Positions 48,938 through 61,620 are shown, counted from the first letter of the whole stretch. The stretch: DNA of 62,422 nt, filler included, from Nemertoderma westbladi (GCA_032718475.1; 3 parts of 3 records of this genome joined end to end with filler, not necessarily neighbours in it); one strand, 5' to 3'. Program-made: numbers and translations. Notes: generated from the letters alone by a model not told the origin.

Positions 48938-49914
48938 GTCCCTCCGTCCCTCCGTCCCTCAGTCCCTCCGTCCCTCCGTCCCTCCGTCCCTCCGTCCCCC
49001 CGTCCCTCCGTCCCTCCGTCCCTCCGTCCCTCCGTCCCTCCGTCCCTCCGTCCCTCCGTCCCTCCGTCCCCCCGTCCCTCCGTCCCTCCGTCCCTCCGTC
49101 CCTCCGTCCCTCCGTCCCTCCGTCCCTCCGTCCCTCCGTCCCTCCGTCCCTCCGTCCCTCCGTCCCTCCGTCCCTCCGTCCCTCCGTCCCTCCGTCCCTC
49201 CGTCCCTCCGTCCCTCCGTCCCTCCGTCCCTCCGTCCCTCCGTCCCTCCGTCCCTCCGTCCCTCCGTCCCTCCGTCCCTCCGTCCCTCCGTCCCTCCGTC
49301 CCTCCGTCCCTCCGTCCCTCCGTCCCTCCGTCCCTCCGTCCCTCCGTCCCTCCGTCCCTCCGTCCCTCCGTCCCTCCGTCCCTCCGTCCCTCCGTCCCTC
49401 CGTCCCTCCGTCCCTCCGTCCCTCCGTCCCTCCGTCCCTCCGTCCCTCCGTCCCTCCGTCCCTCCGTCCCTCCGTCCCTCCGTCCCTCCGTCCCTCCGTC
49501 CCTCCGTCCCTCCGTCCCTCCGTCCCTCCGTCCCTCCGTCCCTCCGTCCCTCCGTCCCTCCGTCCCTCCGTCCCTCCGTCCCTCCGTCCCTCCGTCCCTC
49601 CGTCCCTCCGTCCATCCGTCCCTCCGTCCCTCCGTCCCTCCGTCCCTCCGTCCCTCCGTCCCTCCGTCCCTCCGTCCCTCCGTCCCTCCGTCCCTCCGTC
49701 CCTCCGTCCCTCCGTCCCTCCGTCCCTCCGTCCCTCCGTCCCTCCGTCCCTCCGTCCCTCCGTCCCTCCGTCCCTCCGTCCCTCCGTCCCTCCGTCCCTC
49801 CGTCCCTCCGTCCCTCCGTCCCTCCGTCCCTCCGTCCCTCCGTCCCTCCGTCCCTCCGTCCCTCCGTCCCTCCGTCCCTCCGTCCCTCCGTCCCTCCGTC
49901 CCTCCGTCCCTCCG
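48938..49914. repeat. (TCCCTCCG)n 8-bp microsatellite, about 120 copies
   Basis: Direct inspection. Nearly pure. Confidence 0.97.
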
Positions 49915-52485
49915 TGGGACGCGGCCTAGGGCCTCGTTTGGAAGGATTTTTGGCGCTCACCCCACCCCCCCCCCCCCCTCCCCCCCTCCGCCTCCAATAT
50001 GAAATAACCAAAGCCAACAGTGCCCCTCCACCCTGTTTCTAAATGTTGCATCGTGACAGTTCACGGTTGACCAATCGGTGTCGTTATAAACCTTTGGAGT
50101 TGATTAAACCTCTGGTAAGTACATTGGCTAAACTATGCCTAACAGAGGGCGGGCCTAGTGTGCTTGTTATTGACTTTCTAATTCCGATTAAAAAATACAC
50201 AAGTCAGTAAAGGGTCATGTTATAGATACAAGCGAGAGAACCTAACCAAAAGGCGTGTTAGGAATATTTTAGAAAATAAGTAATATTTGGAATATCAACG
50301 AATTAACTTTCAACTTGCTGTTTCTCATACATTTTTGGTGCTTTAGGCCTAAGTCAAAACAACTTCCCATTAACAAACAATAATTCAACTGTAAATAATC
50401 AGTGTGGAAATTTTACAGTATTATTGTTATTATTAGTATCTTACAGTATTATTAATCATTGATGTGAAAGGTTCGAAGGTGTCTAGACTTTTTAGCTTTG
50501 CGGCGTAGGTACAAATCCAAGGGCTGTAGAAATTTCGCACTGTTATGTCGCAAAAGAAAACACTCCAGAAATTCCTGCTTACTCGTACCTTGCGGAACAA
50601 TGGGAACCTGTTGGGGAAGCTTTTGGTGGGAGAGTAAAAAAGGATTGGATAGTTGTGGAGTGGTTATCCGTGGGAGTCAGAGTGCCGGCGTCCTGTCTGC
50701 CTTAAAGGAAACAGCCAAGAGAGGGGATTCGCTTCGGGTTGCAACCTGTGTTTCGTATTTCACAGGTTCACAGATCCCTTTACCTTTACTTTTATTATTA
50801 TCCATGTAATTACTGGAGGAATTCAAATGAGGATATTTTATATCCCTCTAAAATTCCTTACTCAACCAACGCATCTCATATACTGTAGTAGTGATTGATC
50901 TCTGCACACACTGCATGATTCCCAGCAAACCTTAACTGAATCCCGATTTGTAATTTGTATGCTAATTTCAACCCTTTAATGTGTACATACTGTACAGCAC
51001 AGTAGGTACAGTAGGCTTCCGCCATACTGTACAAACGGTAGCAGTGAATCCATCTTGTATGACAGCTTTTTCCCCAAAGACTGATTTGATGAGTTGTTGT
51101 CACGTATTAGGAGTGTTAATTACGCCCTATTGCGTTACCTTTTTGCTTGGATGCACGGGATCAGCAGTTGATGCTATTTTGATGCCTTTTCTTTCACCTC
51201 CCCGGGGGTTAAACCCAATTTCCGGCGGCGTATAATTACGGGTTGACACGCCAAGTGAGGAAATGGGGTTCCTAACTACGCGATATATGGTTGAAATGTG
51301 CCCCAGGTTGCAGTTACTCTACCCTATACTGCTGTACGGTACGCACCCTTCGGAAACCAGAAAACGAGAGGCGTGGGATTCTACAGTATATAGCAGATAT
51401 CTTATCAGCAGTTGTGTTATTATTCTCACTCTGAATACAGATGAACGATTTTTTATCATAACTATTAAATATTCATTTTATTGTAATTGTAAATCTAAAG
51501 TTGAATTTTGAATGTAAGGCGTATATTAGGCCTATCCACATGGATAGTGTTGGTGAAACTCGCACAAAGTACAATAATTATTTATTATTGATGATGATAC
51601 ATATTTAAATAATTAATTAATCTAAATCCCGTAAGTGATATGCCAGGCGTAGTGGTGTTGTCATCTGTGGCATGGATGTACAACATATAAAAATTGAATT
51701 TTAGGCCTATTCAAAATTTGTGTAGATAATTTTGTTACTAAGATTACGTCCAGAGAGATCAGCTTCATTTTTTCGAAGTATATTATTCAATTAATATTCG
51801 CTAATCAGTAATATTGCGTATATTTCGTAAAGAGACAGGAGGGGAAAATGGACGCAAAACCCGCCTTGGCGAATTAATATCCCGCCTCAATGTTAAATTC
51901 TCAATTTAGGGAAAGGAGCAGGTTACAGTGGCACGTTATTTTAACCAAAACAATAAACTAAGCACAATAGAACAGGTTACAGTTTTATTTTTGAGAATAA
52001 TCAGCTGTTATTTGCGTCGAATTTCCGTAAAAACTATTACTATAACAAAATAAAGTGCGCTCAATTACTTTACTCACCCCACATTGTTTGTACATTTAGT
52101 TATTTAAAATATCATCATTTATTAATGCTTATAATGATTTTAATAATTAATTATTAAATAAATGGTAATGTTCTTCATCCATTTCCCCTGGAGAGGGATG
52201 CATTTTTATTGCGTCCAGTTCCCCCCCCCCCCCCCCCCTTTCTGTTCGTAAAATGACTTAATTGTATAAACACTGCAGCTTACCGTGTAATTTTTTTTAT
52301 CTGTAAACTATATTTGTTAATTGTACAGTATATCTTAAACCGAGTAATCATGGTAGGTAGACCTTAATGTGGTGGCGCTGTCTGTGATGTGGCATTGTGT
52401 TGTCTGGAAATCTACCAACAGATGTGTTGATGCGACATACAGCCTGTGTAGCCTAGTGTGTGGCGGGGCTTGCCATGGATTACCT

Positions 52486-52556
52486 GTCCCCAAGCTTGAC
52501 ACTACAACAAAATCGCCTCCGCTTTGCAGGACATTGCTTTCGCCGTGAGGACCAGC
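52486..52556 (+). mobile_element. Short RTE RT fragment
   Basis: CCCCAAGCTTGACACTACAACAAAATCGCCTCCGCTTTGCAGGACATTGCTTTCGCCGTGAGGACCAG matches ~25156-25223. Confidence 0.85.
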
Positions 52557-52690
52557 AGTGGGATTACTTCACTAACACACTCACCTGGAATACCTGGAAT
52601 AGTTAGGGAATTTCTTTTTTTCTAGAAATGTCAGGGAAATTGTACAAATCAGGGAAATGTCAGGGAATGTCATTGTACAGGAACTGGATA
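52556..52690. mobile_element. Probable hAT-type MITE end
   Basis: CCTGGAA x2 and CAGGGAA x4 subterminal motifs. No partner end or TSD found. Confidence 0.3.
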
Positions 52691-53896
52691 CATGGTGTTA
52701 TAAGCGAAAATGTATTATATTTTCTCTGCTCGCTTCCCACGCCATTCCATTTCCTCACATCACTAAATTTGGAGTAAGATAATATAATATAATAATAATA
52801 TAGGGCCTCTACTAATATTCAATAAAAATGTTCTACCAGCCTGAGTGTCTGTATTTGGGCTCCAAATTATTACATTAAGTAGATCTACATTCCATATAGT
52901 CCAATTAACATTCACCACACTCCTATTGTAACTCAAATTTCTTAAGTTTAACAATCTTTATAGCGAAAGAATTGGAATTTATATTATCATTTCATTAATT
53001 TAAAAATTTGCTAACATCAGTCATTCCAATCTACCGTTTTTTTCGTTTATAGAAGGAATTCCCGCTAATATTTACAATTTAATTCCCTCCTATAAGTAGC
53101 TGCTAACATCCCAGGAACGTGCTTATCTTTCCCCATCATCCATCTCCCTATTGACAAGTACCTCTAATTAATTGAGGCTTGTGGAGTTTTCGGGTTTATT
53201 TATCAGAAACCGTCATTCTACAATCGAACTTTTTGTGCCACTTATTAAATCAGCTGTCCGGAAATTCAATGGGGTTGTTAATGCATTGGAAAATAGGGAG
53301 ATAAGAAAAAAAGGGTTGTCCTCGCACTACACACACAGCCTTTATCCTCTCAGCAATTATGATATTAAAATTATGATAAAAAAATTACTCGAAATTATGA
53401 TACAAAAATATTATTTATGCATATTATTTATCCTTCATAATATGGCCTAGTTTTTATGTATTTCCAAGTTACCGGTACTTATTTTTAAGATTGATAAGAT
53501 TATTCATTACCTGGCTCATGCAGGAAGTTCTGTTATACGGAATAAATTATTCTAATTATTATTAATTATTAAAATTATTCTATAATGCTGGCAGCGACTC
53601 AATCCGTAGTTCATAATGTCTTTTGCATTTAGTATAGGCGTGGAATGCCCCCATTAAATTCATATTCTAAGATAAGCGCACCTGTGTTCTCAATAACTTA
53701 GTAAACAAAAGTCAGACCTTCATGTAATACATACAGCATCAGTTCGCAAGGAAGCCAAATCATATCTTACTCTATATCAGTATAATCGCGTCTACTAATT
53801 AATCCATCAACGATTTGACTAAATCTCCCATCGATGTAAAAGTAACATTATCCGTGAACGCGAAAACACCGACGTCTCATCTCATTTGGCAGTTAC

Positions 53897-54250
53897 CTGT
53901 ATGACTTGAAATGTAGCACACTATCTCCCAAGGTATAACTCTCTCCTCACTCGATAACCACCACTTTTATTTACACCCCAGCATAGGGACAGGTCCCCAG
54001 TAGTTCAGTTGTAAGAACTCGGCGGTATAATTGGCCTTCACTAAATGGTTATACCCTTTTATCTGCATTGTTGTTTGCGCTTTCGCAATGCGACAGATAA
54101 CAACACCAATTACCTTCGGTTCGTATCTGTAAGAGAAGCAAACTGATTTGCGTAATTGTATATATGGAGAGCTTTCGACGAGCAAACTGCCTCGTACATT
54201 CTTCCCATTGCAATGCAGCTATTCGGTCGAATTGTTAATCAGCGGAAAAC
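53897..54250 (-). pseudogene. Possible decayed phase 1-1 exon encoding a Cys-containing extracellular (SRCR-like?) domain
   Basis: TTTTCAG acceptor and CAG|GTAACT donor bound 354 bp in a single frame with two stops. Sequence includes HCNGKNVRGSLLV...SVCFSYRYEPKVIGVVICR...GPVPMLGCK...EIVCY. Confidence 0.3.
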
Positions 54251-54804
54251 CTGAAAATCCACTTGAAATATACCTAAGTTGGTTCCCCTTGCAGCGAACC
54301 TGCCCACTCTAGAACTCTCTAGTCGACCAATAACAACTCACACAATCCGCTGTCATACATTCAATTACAATTCATATCGTACCGGTGCGCACCACTGGAC
54401 GACTGTCACTTACCTGGTTGCTTTCACTTGGCGTGAATATAAATTACTTCGCGAAGAATAATCACGCGTTAAAGGATTTCTTACGATTTAATGGTCGATT
54501 TAAGTATATTATTGTAATTTTTTACTTATTCTTTTTTGAAAATATATACAGTATGGCCTATTCTCATATAATTGGATTTTTGATTATCTCTTATATATTT
54601 ACTGTAAATGTGGGAAAGTTGACTTTTTATCGCCAGGACTGTCAATGAAATGTATCTTGTCAATGCATTTCTACAGTACGTATCGCACTCATTAAAAGTC
54701 ATTAGGAAACAGATTAATAAAAAATATATATGAACACAACTACTTATAATTGCAAATATCTTACAGTAGTTGCGTTACTATAGGCTACTGTAGATATAGG
54801 CCTA

Positions 54805-55836
54805 CAGGGTGTACCACAAAAATTGCCCCCTTTTCATATTTTAATAGCGCATCCCCATATGAATGTAAAGTTGGTATCTTGTTTTCGCCTGAAAGCCAGG
54901 AAAACAACTAAGACTTTGGTGTAATGTCTGGATAAAAATTGTTGCTATGGAAACTGTATGAGTAAGTTTGAAGTTATAAGTCAGTTTTCTCATATTTGTA
55001 TTAGAAATAATATTGGCTTAGATAAAAGAACAGAGTTTATACAGTACAGTACCAGTAATTTACTAAGGATGTTAGACCTCAACATGGTCACCTCCGATGT
55101 CCACGACCTTGTTAAGAGGCGAAATGGTCTCAGTGCAGCATCTTTGAAGATGTTCAGATGGTATAGCATCAAACTCGCTGCACATTGCTCTTACTCACAT
55201 GAACTGCTAACGATACGCAACGCACAGATGTTTCTGGAGTGGTGGAATCTTCGTTGAAGCTGGCTTCTATAACCTTTTTTACGAATTTTTTAGTTTCAAA
55301 CTTGTTTGTTAAGCCTGCGATGTCCTTATTGTCAGGTCGCCGCACACCTGGACAGGACACAGGCCCATATGTCTGTGTAAATTTTAGACTAGTGAGTTTT
55401 TTAGAGTATGTCTGGTCGTCTGGTAAAATGTCTTTAAAGATAAAGACCTTCTGCTCTCCAGTACACAATATTGTAGGAAATGTTGACAAGATGACATGAC
55501 CACAAATCGCAATAGCAGCACTCACAATAAACACATCAAGTTCTAGAATTTGGAAGCAAAGATGCTTCACTGAGACCATTTTGCGTCTTAACAAGGTCGT
55601 GGACAGCGTTGAGGTCTACCAACCTTAGTTAAAATTACTGGTATTGTACTGTATAAACTCTGTTCTTTAAGATATTCCCATACATTATTACTAACAGTTT
55701 CCATAGCAACAATTTTTATCCAGACGTATACCAATGTCAAAGTTGGTCTCCTGGCTTTCAGGTGACACCAAGATATCAACTTTACATTCATATGAAAAAT
55801 GAAAATGAAAAGGGGGGAATTTTATGGGAATCACTG
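54805..55836 (-). mobile_element. Internally deleted Tc1/mariner-type element
   Basis: TA|CAG...CTG|TA with imperfect TIRs over 150 bp (GGATAAAAATTGTTGCTATGGAAACTGT in both arms). An HTH remnant RPDNKDIAGLTNKFET...PETSVRCVSLAVHVSKSNVQRV is present and no DDE domain was seen. Confidence 0.8.
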
Positions 55837-56811
55837 TATAATAAAATAACTTGGAGTATGTAGTCCTCGAAAACCCACCTTTTTCCATCGGTTTTTCAAA
55901 ACAACTATGAACTATCAGTTCAATTTTTATATTATTTTATATTTAACATATTTTTGAATTGGATCCGGTTCGGTTCTATATTAATGAAAATTCCAACTTT
56001 TACTTTGAAAAATGTTTGCCTATAATTCATAGTTCACATAAAATACCAAAGACGCAATTTTTGTCTGATTAACTTCTACCATTCGTCTGAATCTATAGGT
56101 CAAATAGGTTTTGAAACCAACTGAAATTGAAAGTAACCGACTTAGCTATATAGAAGTTGACATCGATCTGTCTCCTGTTGCTAGGTAACCAACCATCGAT
56201 TGAACTGCCTATTAATTTCTGTAACGTTTATAGCCTATTTCGTATTGCATATATAAACGTGTTGCTTATGGGAGGGAGGAGGGTAGAAGGGTTTCTGTCA
56301 ATACTTGAGATGACATATTCCTTTTTATAAGAGCCACGCTGTGCTTTAATTGGAATACCGCCAGCTGTGGGTGGCATTGCTGCTGTTTGGGTTATTAGGG
56401 CCTTTACTAGAATGCTATATAGTAAAGGAGAGGCTACTGTATACTCTCTTATACATTAAGTCAATGTTGAGGGTGGTTGTTGGGGTGAGCTGCTTAATAG
56501 GTTTTTGTGTTCTACGATGCTAATATAACTTCCTTTGTATAAGTAAATATTGTTACCAAATGTTGTTATTTATAATAAAAAATCATTATAACATTAATTC
56601 ATTAGTTACTTAAGTTTATTGTTTTATATTATTTTGCTGTTAATATTATGTTACTAATTAGAAAATTTATAATTACAATTCTCTATGAAATAAAAAAATA
56701 ATAAGTTGTATTTTTGATTAATTCATTTTATTCAAGAATAATCATAACCCCATTCTAGAAATTCCTTGCCTGTATTATTTAATTTACTTGCTTGCTTAAC
56801 TTAAGGTATAT

Positions 56812-56982
56812 ATTGTTGTGTACCGCCACGTAAGGATGCATGGCCGAAATGCACCCTAGCTGCAGCTGGTCCCTATAAATCATTCGTGCCGAAACGAAAA
56901 CTACCTTGGTTCCCATGGGGGATCGAACCCTCGACCTCTGGAGAAATGTGAATTCAATGCAACCGCTACACCAGGGTGGGAC
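56812..56982 (-). mobile_element. tRNA-derived SINE
   Basis: On the - strand: A-box TGGTGTAGCGG, B-box GGTTCGATCCC, ~95-bp body, then ACAACAATATA. There is no intact cloverleaf. Confidence 0.7.
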
Positions 56983-58299
56983 TTAGTTATAACTTATTAA
57001 TTGCGAATTGCATCTGCTCGGTTTCTGTATTCAGCTAATCAAATGTTATATGATTGTTGGTTTTTAACGATGTAATGTAAGTAATTACCCTCACATAGAG
57101 TGAATGATTTGGGGTATGTTCCTTTATTGTCCATCCGTTTCGCTTAAGGTATAGAAACAACAGGTGATGTCTGGAGAGAGTAGGGATCGGTGGTTCGTTG
57201 ATTGCTGTTATCTATTGGACCCAGTTTTACCCCCAATTAAATGCAATATAAAATGAACTTTATGAATCCATCTATTTGAAGTTATATAGTTTAGTTTGGT
57301 AACAATAATTCATTGATCTAAAAGAACAAATAATATCTCTAATCGTATTTTATTTTATTTTTTATTCATTATTTTATTTTTTTTATTTTTGTTTGCGCTA
57401 ATATTTCGCTTGTGGCACTCGTAACGCATTTATTGGTAATAATAATAGCTTGGCCTTCCGAGAAAACCACCTAACCTAATTGGGTCGAAACATATTGAGA
57501 TTGGATGAAACTTCTAGGCAGCAATTGGTTTTTAATTTTGGTAATTACGTACCTATATGTAGAGTATTGTATTAAACATGTTTGGCCAACAACTAAAAAA
57601 GATATGTTGGTTAATATAGTTAATATATGGCTGTGTATGCTAATGTTGCTCCAATATCTTATATATTGTTTATAATAACAATAAATGTTATAGTATATGT
57701 TAATATAATATTTAATCTAATTTTTAATGTTCATATATACATTACATATTTATATAAAATATTCTAAAATAAAACTTCCTCACATATGGGTGATTCAGTG
57801 GTGTATCGTAGGTTGCCTGGCGACAAGATTTTATGGCCCACAAATACCTGGGAATGGCCAAATAACGATGAGTCATTAAAAAAACGCATGGTCGCTAGGA
57901 GATTATCCAATCACACATCGGTATCGACAGGAAGGTAGAGACAGGCAGTTAATTTGGATTATACATATTTCTGTATTTGTATTTTGAGTACCGGTATAAC
58001 GAAAGTAACTTTGGAATAAATTATTAATTTATTAATTGTATTTTAAACCCCAAAAGTTAAATGAATAGTTAAGTAGTAAAAGTAAATGTCAACAAGTTTG
58101 ACCAATATATCCGAATATATAAGGATATATGGATGACAGAAAAATTGGAATAAAAAAAAGGATGTTAAGCTAATTTATCAAACGTCAAAGTTGCGACGTT
58201 TATATTAATATTTTAGAGGTTGTCTTTTTTTGTTTCAGTATATTTAAAAGTGGCATAAGTTACAGAAGTTTCACATCTATACCAATTGAAGTCCACGAA

Positions 58300-58817
58300 T
58301 TAAACCAAGTGAGATTGGAGCAGTACATGACTTACAGGTTGGTATAGAAACCATACTGTGTTAAACCAAGTGAGATTGGAGCAGTACATGACTTACAGGT
58401 TGGTATAGAAACCATACTGTGTTAAACCAAGTGAGATTGGAGCAGTACATGACTTACAGGTTGGTATAGAAACCATACTGTGTTAAACCAAGTGAGATTG
58501 GAGCAGTACATGACTTACAGGTTGGTATAGAAACCATACTGTGTTAAACCAAGTGAGATTGGAGCAGTACATGACTTACAGGTTGGTATAGAAACCATAC
58601 TGTGTGATTGGAGCAGTACATGACTTACAGGTTGGTATAAAAACCATACTGTGTTAAACCCAAGTGAGATTGGAGCAGTACATGACTTACAGGTTGGTAT
58701 AGAAACCATACTGTGTGATTGGAGCAGTACATGACTTACAGGTTGGTATAAAAACCATACTGTGTTAAACCCAAGTGAGATTGGAGCAGTACATGACTTA
58801 CAGGTTGGTATTGAAAC
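58300..58817. repeat. 61-bp minisatellite, about 9 copies (two shortened)
   Basis: TTAAACCAAGTGAGATTGGAGCAGTACATGACTTACAGGTTGGTATAGAAACCATACTGTG. Confidence 0.95.
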
Positions 58818-59300
58818 ATGGACTTACTATCCAACAATTGTGTGAATGTCAGTCACATAGTCAGTCAGTTAAAGATGTGAGTGAGTAGGTCAAGGCTTCC
58901 CAAACACACATCATGCATGAGATTGCACAATACGTCGATGCCATTGCATGACTGACTGCCGAGAGTTCTTTAAGCACTTCAAAGCAAGCATTCTTTACTG
59001 GCCTTTTCAACCAAAGTTGCGATTGGCTAAATTTTTTAGTGCTGCATCCCAGTGCTTATAGTTACTTTACCACATTAACTGTTCTCCACTTACCCTTGGT
59101 TCATTCCGCTCTGCCTTTGTTTGTGGAACGAAAATTCGATAAGCAGACTGCCGTCAACTGATTACTCGTTCATTGCTAGGTCTGTTTTTTAGTTCGTGGT
59201 GTGGATGCACGCATATATAGCTACAGTACCGGTGCGGTAGGTAATAAAGTTATTACTGGATAAATTTAACAAACTAATTAATAATTTGTCATCGTTCCAG

Positions 59301-59462
59301 GAACCTCGGTAGGTCTGGTCTGCGTGTTTCCTGCATCGGTCTCGGAACCTGGGTAACCTTCGCCAGCCAAATAACCGACGAAATGGCAGAGGAGATACTT
59401 ACCGTAGCATACAACCACGGGGTGAACCTTATTGACACTGCGGAGGTGTACGCCGGGGGCAG
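59301..59462 (+). CDS. KCNAB: Voltage-gated potassium channel beta subunit (aldo-keto reductase family), internal exon missed by the ORF track
   Basis: TTCCAG|...AG|GTGAGT, 162 bp, phase 2-2. Translates as (R)[53 protein letters not shown](R), with catalytic Asp and Tyr. Confidence 0.95.
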
Positions 59463-59706
59463 GTGAGTTAATCGGTGTACGCCGGGGGCAGGTGAGTTAA
59501 TCGGTGTACGCCGGGGGCAGGTGAGTTAATCAGTGTACGCCGGGGGCAGGTGAGTTAAACGGTGTACGCCGGGGGCAGGTGAGTTAATCGGTATACGCCG
59601 GGGGCAGGTGAGTTAAACGCTGTACGCCGGGGGCAGGTGAGTTAATCGGTGTACGCCGGGGGCAGGTGAGTTAATCGGTGTACGCCGGGGGCAGGTGAGT
59701 TAATCG
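59445..59706 (+). repeat. 29-bp tandem array (9 copies) of the exon end plus splice donor
   Basis: GGTGTACGCCGGGGGCAG|GTGAGTTAATC, with AGGTGAG at 59461, 59490, 59519 ... 59693. Confidence 0.95.
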
Positions 59707-59833
59707 CATCCATATTTCAACGGACTGGACTGGCTAGACCGGTTTCTACAGTAGTACAATGTTACTAACAGAGTATTCAGTTTAAACAGTTCAATGAAAT
59801 ATTAACTTTAAGTAATAACTATTTACATACTGT

Positions 59834-59961
59834 ACTTGTGTGTAAAGTAGCACTTTACAGTGCGATGATCCGAGTGGCTTTGTTACACGAACGAACGTAA
59901 GTGAGTGAGTGAAAATAAAGCCACGAGGTTCAGAACACTGTAAAGTACTTTGCAACAAGTA
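59834..59961. mobile_element. Imperfect palindrome of Crypton-type non-autonomous style
   Basis: Arms CTTTACAGTG...GTGGCTTT / AAAGCCAC...CACTGTAAAG surround CGAACGAACGTAAGTGAGTGAGTG. Confidence 0.4.
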
Positions 59962-60494
59962 TCTATGTAGTTTTATTCCAAAATTTTAACATATTAAGAA
60001 ATGATTGTACATATATTATAAGTGATAGAAACTGTACAAATTAAATTAGTTGCTGCTGTATAAATAAATGTAAAAATGACATAAATTATGTTATAAATAC
60101 TGTAGGTTAACTTATATTTATTATGGCGTTTGGAGTCATGTTAATAATATAGCTAGGTTATAATAGCTATACCCCGCCCACCGGTAGGTAATGCAGTAGG
60201 CCTATCTGGCTGTCAGGCAAAATTCCACCTATTGTTTACGTGGTAACCAATGATGCGTTAAGTAATGTCCACTAAGGGGACATTACTTAACTGATAACAC
60301 CAAATACAATACTAAATGTACAGGCAAATACAATGCTGTAATGTCCTCTAAAGTTGTAAAACTGCTAAATAACAACTCGCTCGCTGTTGATACTAACGGC
60401 GTTGAGTAATGTTTTATGCAACTATTTACAATCTGCTGCTTTGCAGCTACATTAAGAATTTAAGAATGATATGTCGGCTTTCCGTCAAAATTGA

Positions 60495-60700
60495 GCCGCC
60501 TCAACGCTCTATCACCAATGGCAATGACTTTCCCGAGATTATCCGCATCTTCCAGAAACTCAAGCGCTGCGCAATATAATTATTTCTATTCATGAGGCCG
60601 CAAAACACAAGTTCGTGCATTGGCTGATCCTCACGACGAAAGCAATGTCCTGCGAAGCGGAAGCGGCTGTGTTCAAGGAGAGGACTAATAATGAGACACA
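60495..60700 (-). mobile_element. Diverged RTE 3' fragment
   Basis: LEHSRFRFAGHCFRREDQPMHELVF versus LEQNRLRFAGHCFRREDQPVHNLVL in the main copy. Confidence 0.8.
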
Positions 60701-61445
60701 GACACACCCAATACCGATACCGGAAGAACAAGAAGAGGACTAATAATGAGACACAGACACACCCAATACCGATACCGGAAGAACAAGGAGAGGACTAATA
60801 ATGAGACACAGACACACCCAATACCGATACCGGAAGAACAAGGAGAGGACTAATAATGAGATACAGACACACCCAATACCGATACCGGAAGAACAAGGAG
60901 AGGACTAATAATGAGACACAGACACACCCAATACCGATACCGGAAGAACAAGGAGAGGACTAATAATGAGACACAGACACACCCAATACCGATACCGGAA
61001 GAACAAGGAGAGGACTAATAATGAGACACAGACACACCCAATACCGATACCGGAAGAACAAGGAGAGGACTAATAATGAGACACAGACACACCCAATACC
61101 GATACCGGAAGAACAAGGAGAGGACTAATAATGAGACACAGACACACCCAATACCGATACCGGAAGAACAAGGAGAGGACTAATAATGAGACACAGACAC
61201 ACCCAATACCGATACCGGAAGAACAAGGAGAGGACTAATAATGAGACACAGACACACCCAATACCGATACCGGAAGAACAAGGAGAGGACTAATAATGAG
61301 ACACAGACACACCCAATACCGATACCGGAAGAACAAGGAGAGGACTAATAAATGAGGACACAGGCACACCCAATACCGATACCGGAAGAACAAGGAGAGG
61401 ACTAATAATGAGACACAGATACACCCAATACCGATACCGGAAGAA
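60675..61445. repeat. 55-bp minisatellite, about 14 near-identical copies
   Basis: AAGGAGAGGACTAATAATGAGACACAGACACACCCAATACCGATACCGGAAGAAC. Confidence 0.95.
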
Positions 61446-61620
61446 ATCTAATCGGCTCTAAATCGGCGACGTGAACTACAAATCATCGCGGTTTAGCTTT
61501 TGTTCAAATTCTATTCAAAAGCAAAGAATTACCATTTAAACATTTAAAAAACAAATTTAATTAATTAAATTACTGTATGTAGCTAATTTGTTTCTTTTCT
61601 CAAATTTATCCTAATTTCAG

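Noticed and set aside
48810-50042. Extensin-like PSVPPSLR and GGTEGRRD ORFs
   Set aside because: They are produced by an 8-bp microsatellite lacking stops in all frames.
50498-51511. Short ORFs as upstream exons of the GPCR or of KCNAB
   Set aside because: No TM1-5/DRY motifs or KCNAB N-terminal sequence were recognised, and the frames are interrupted.
56905-56982. Functional tRNA gene
   Set aside because: A and B boxes are present but the anticodon arm is not canonical, and a SINE-like body follows.
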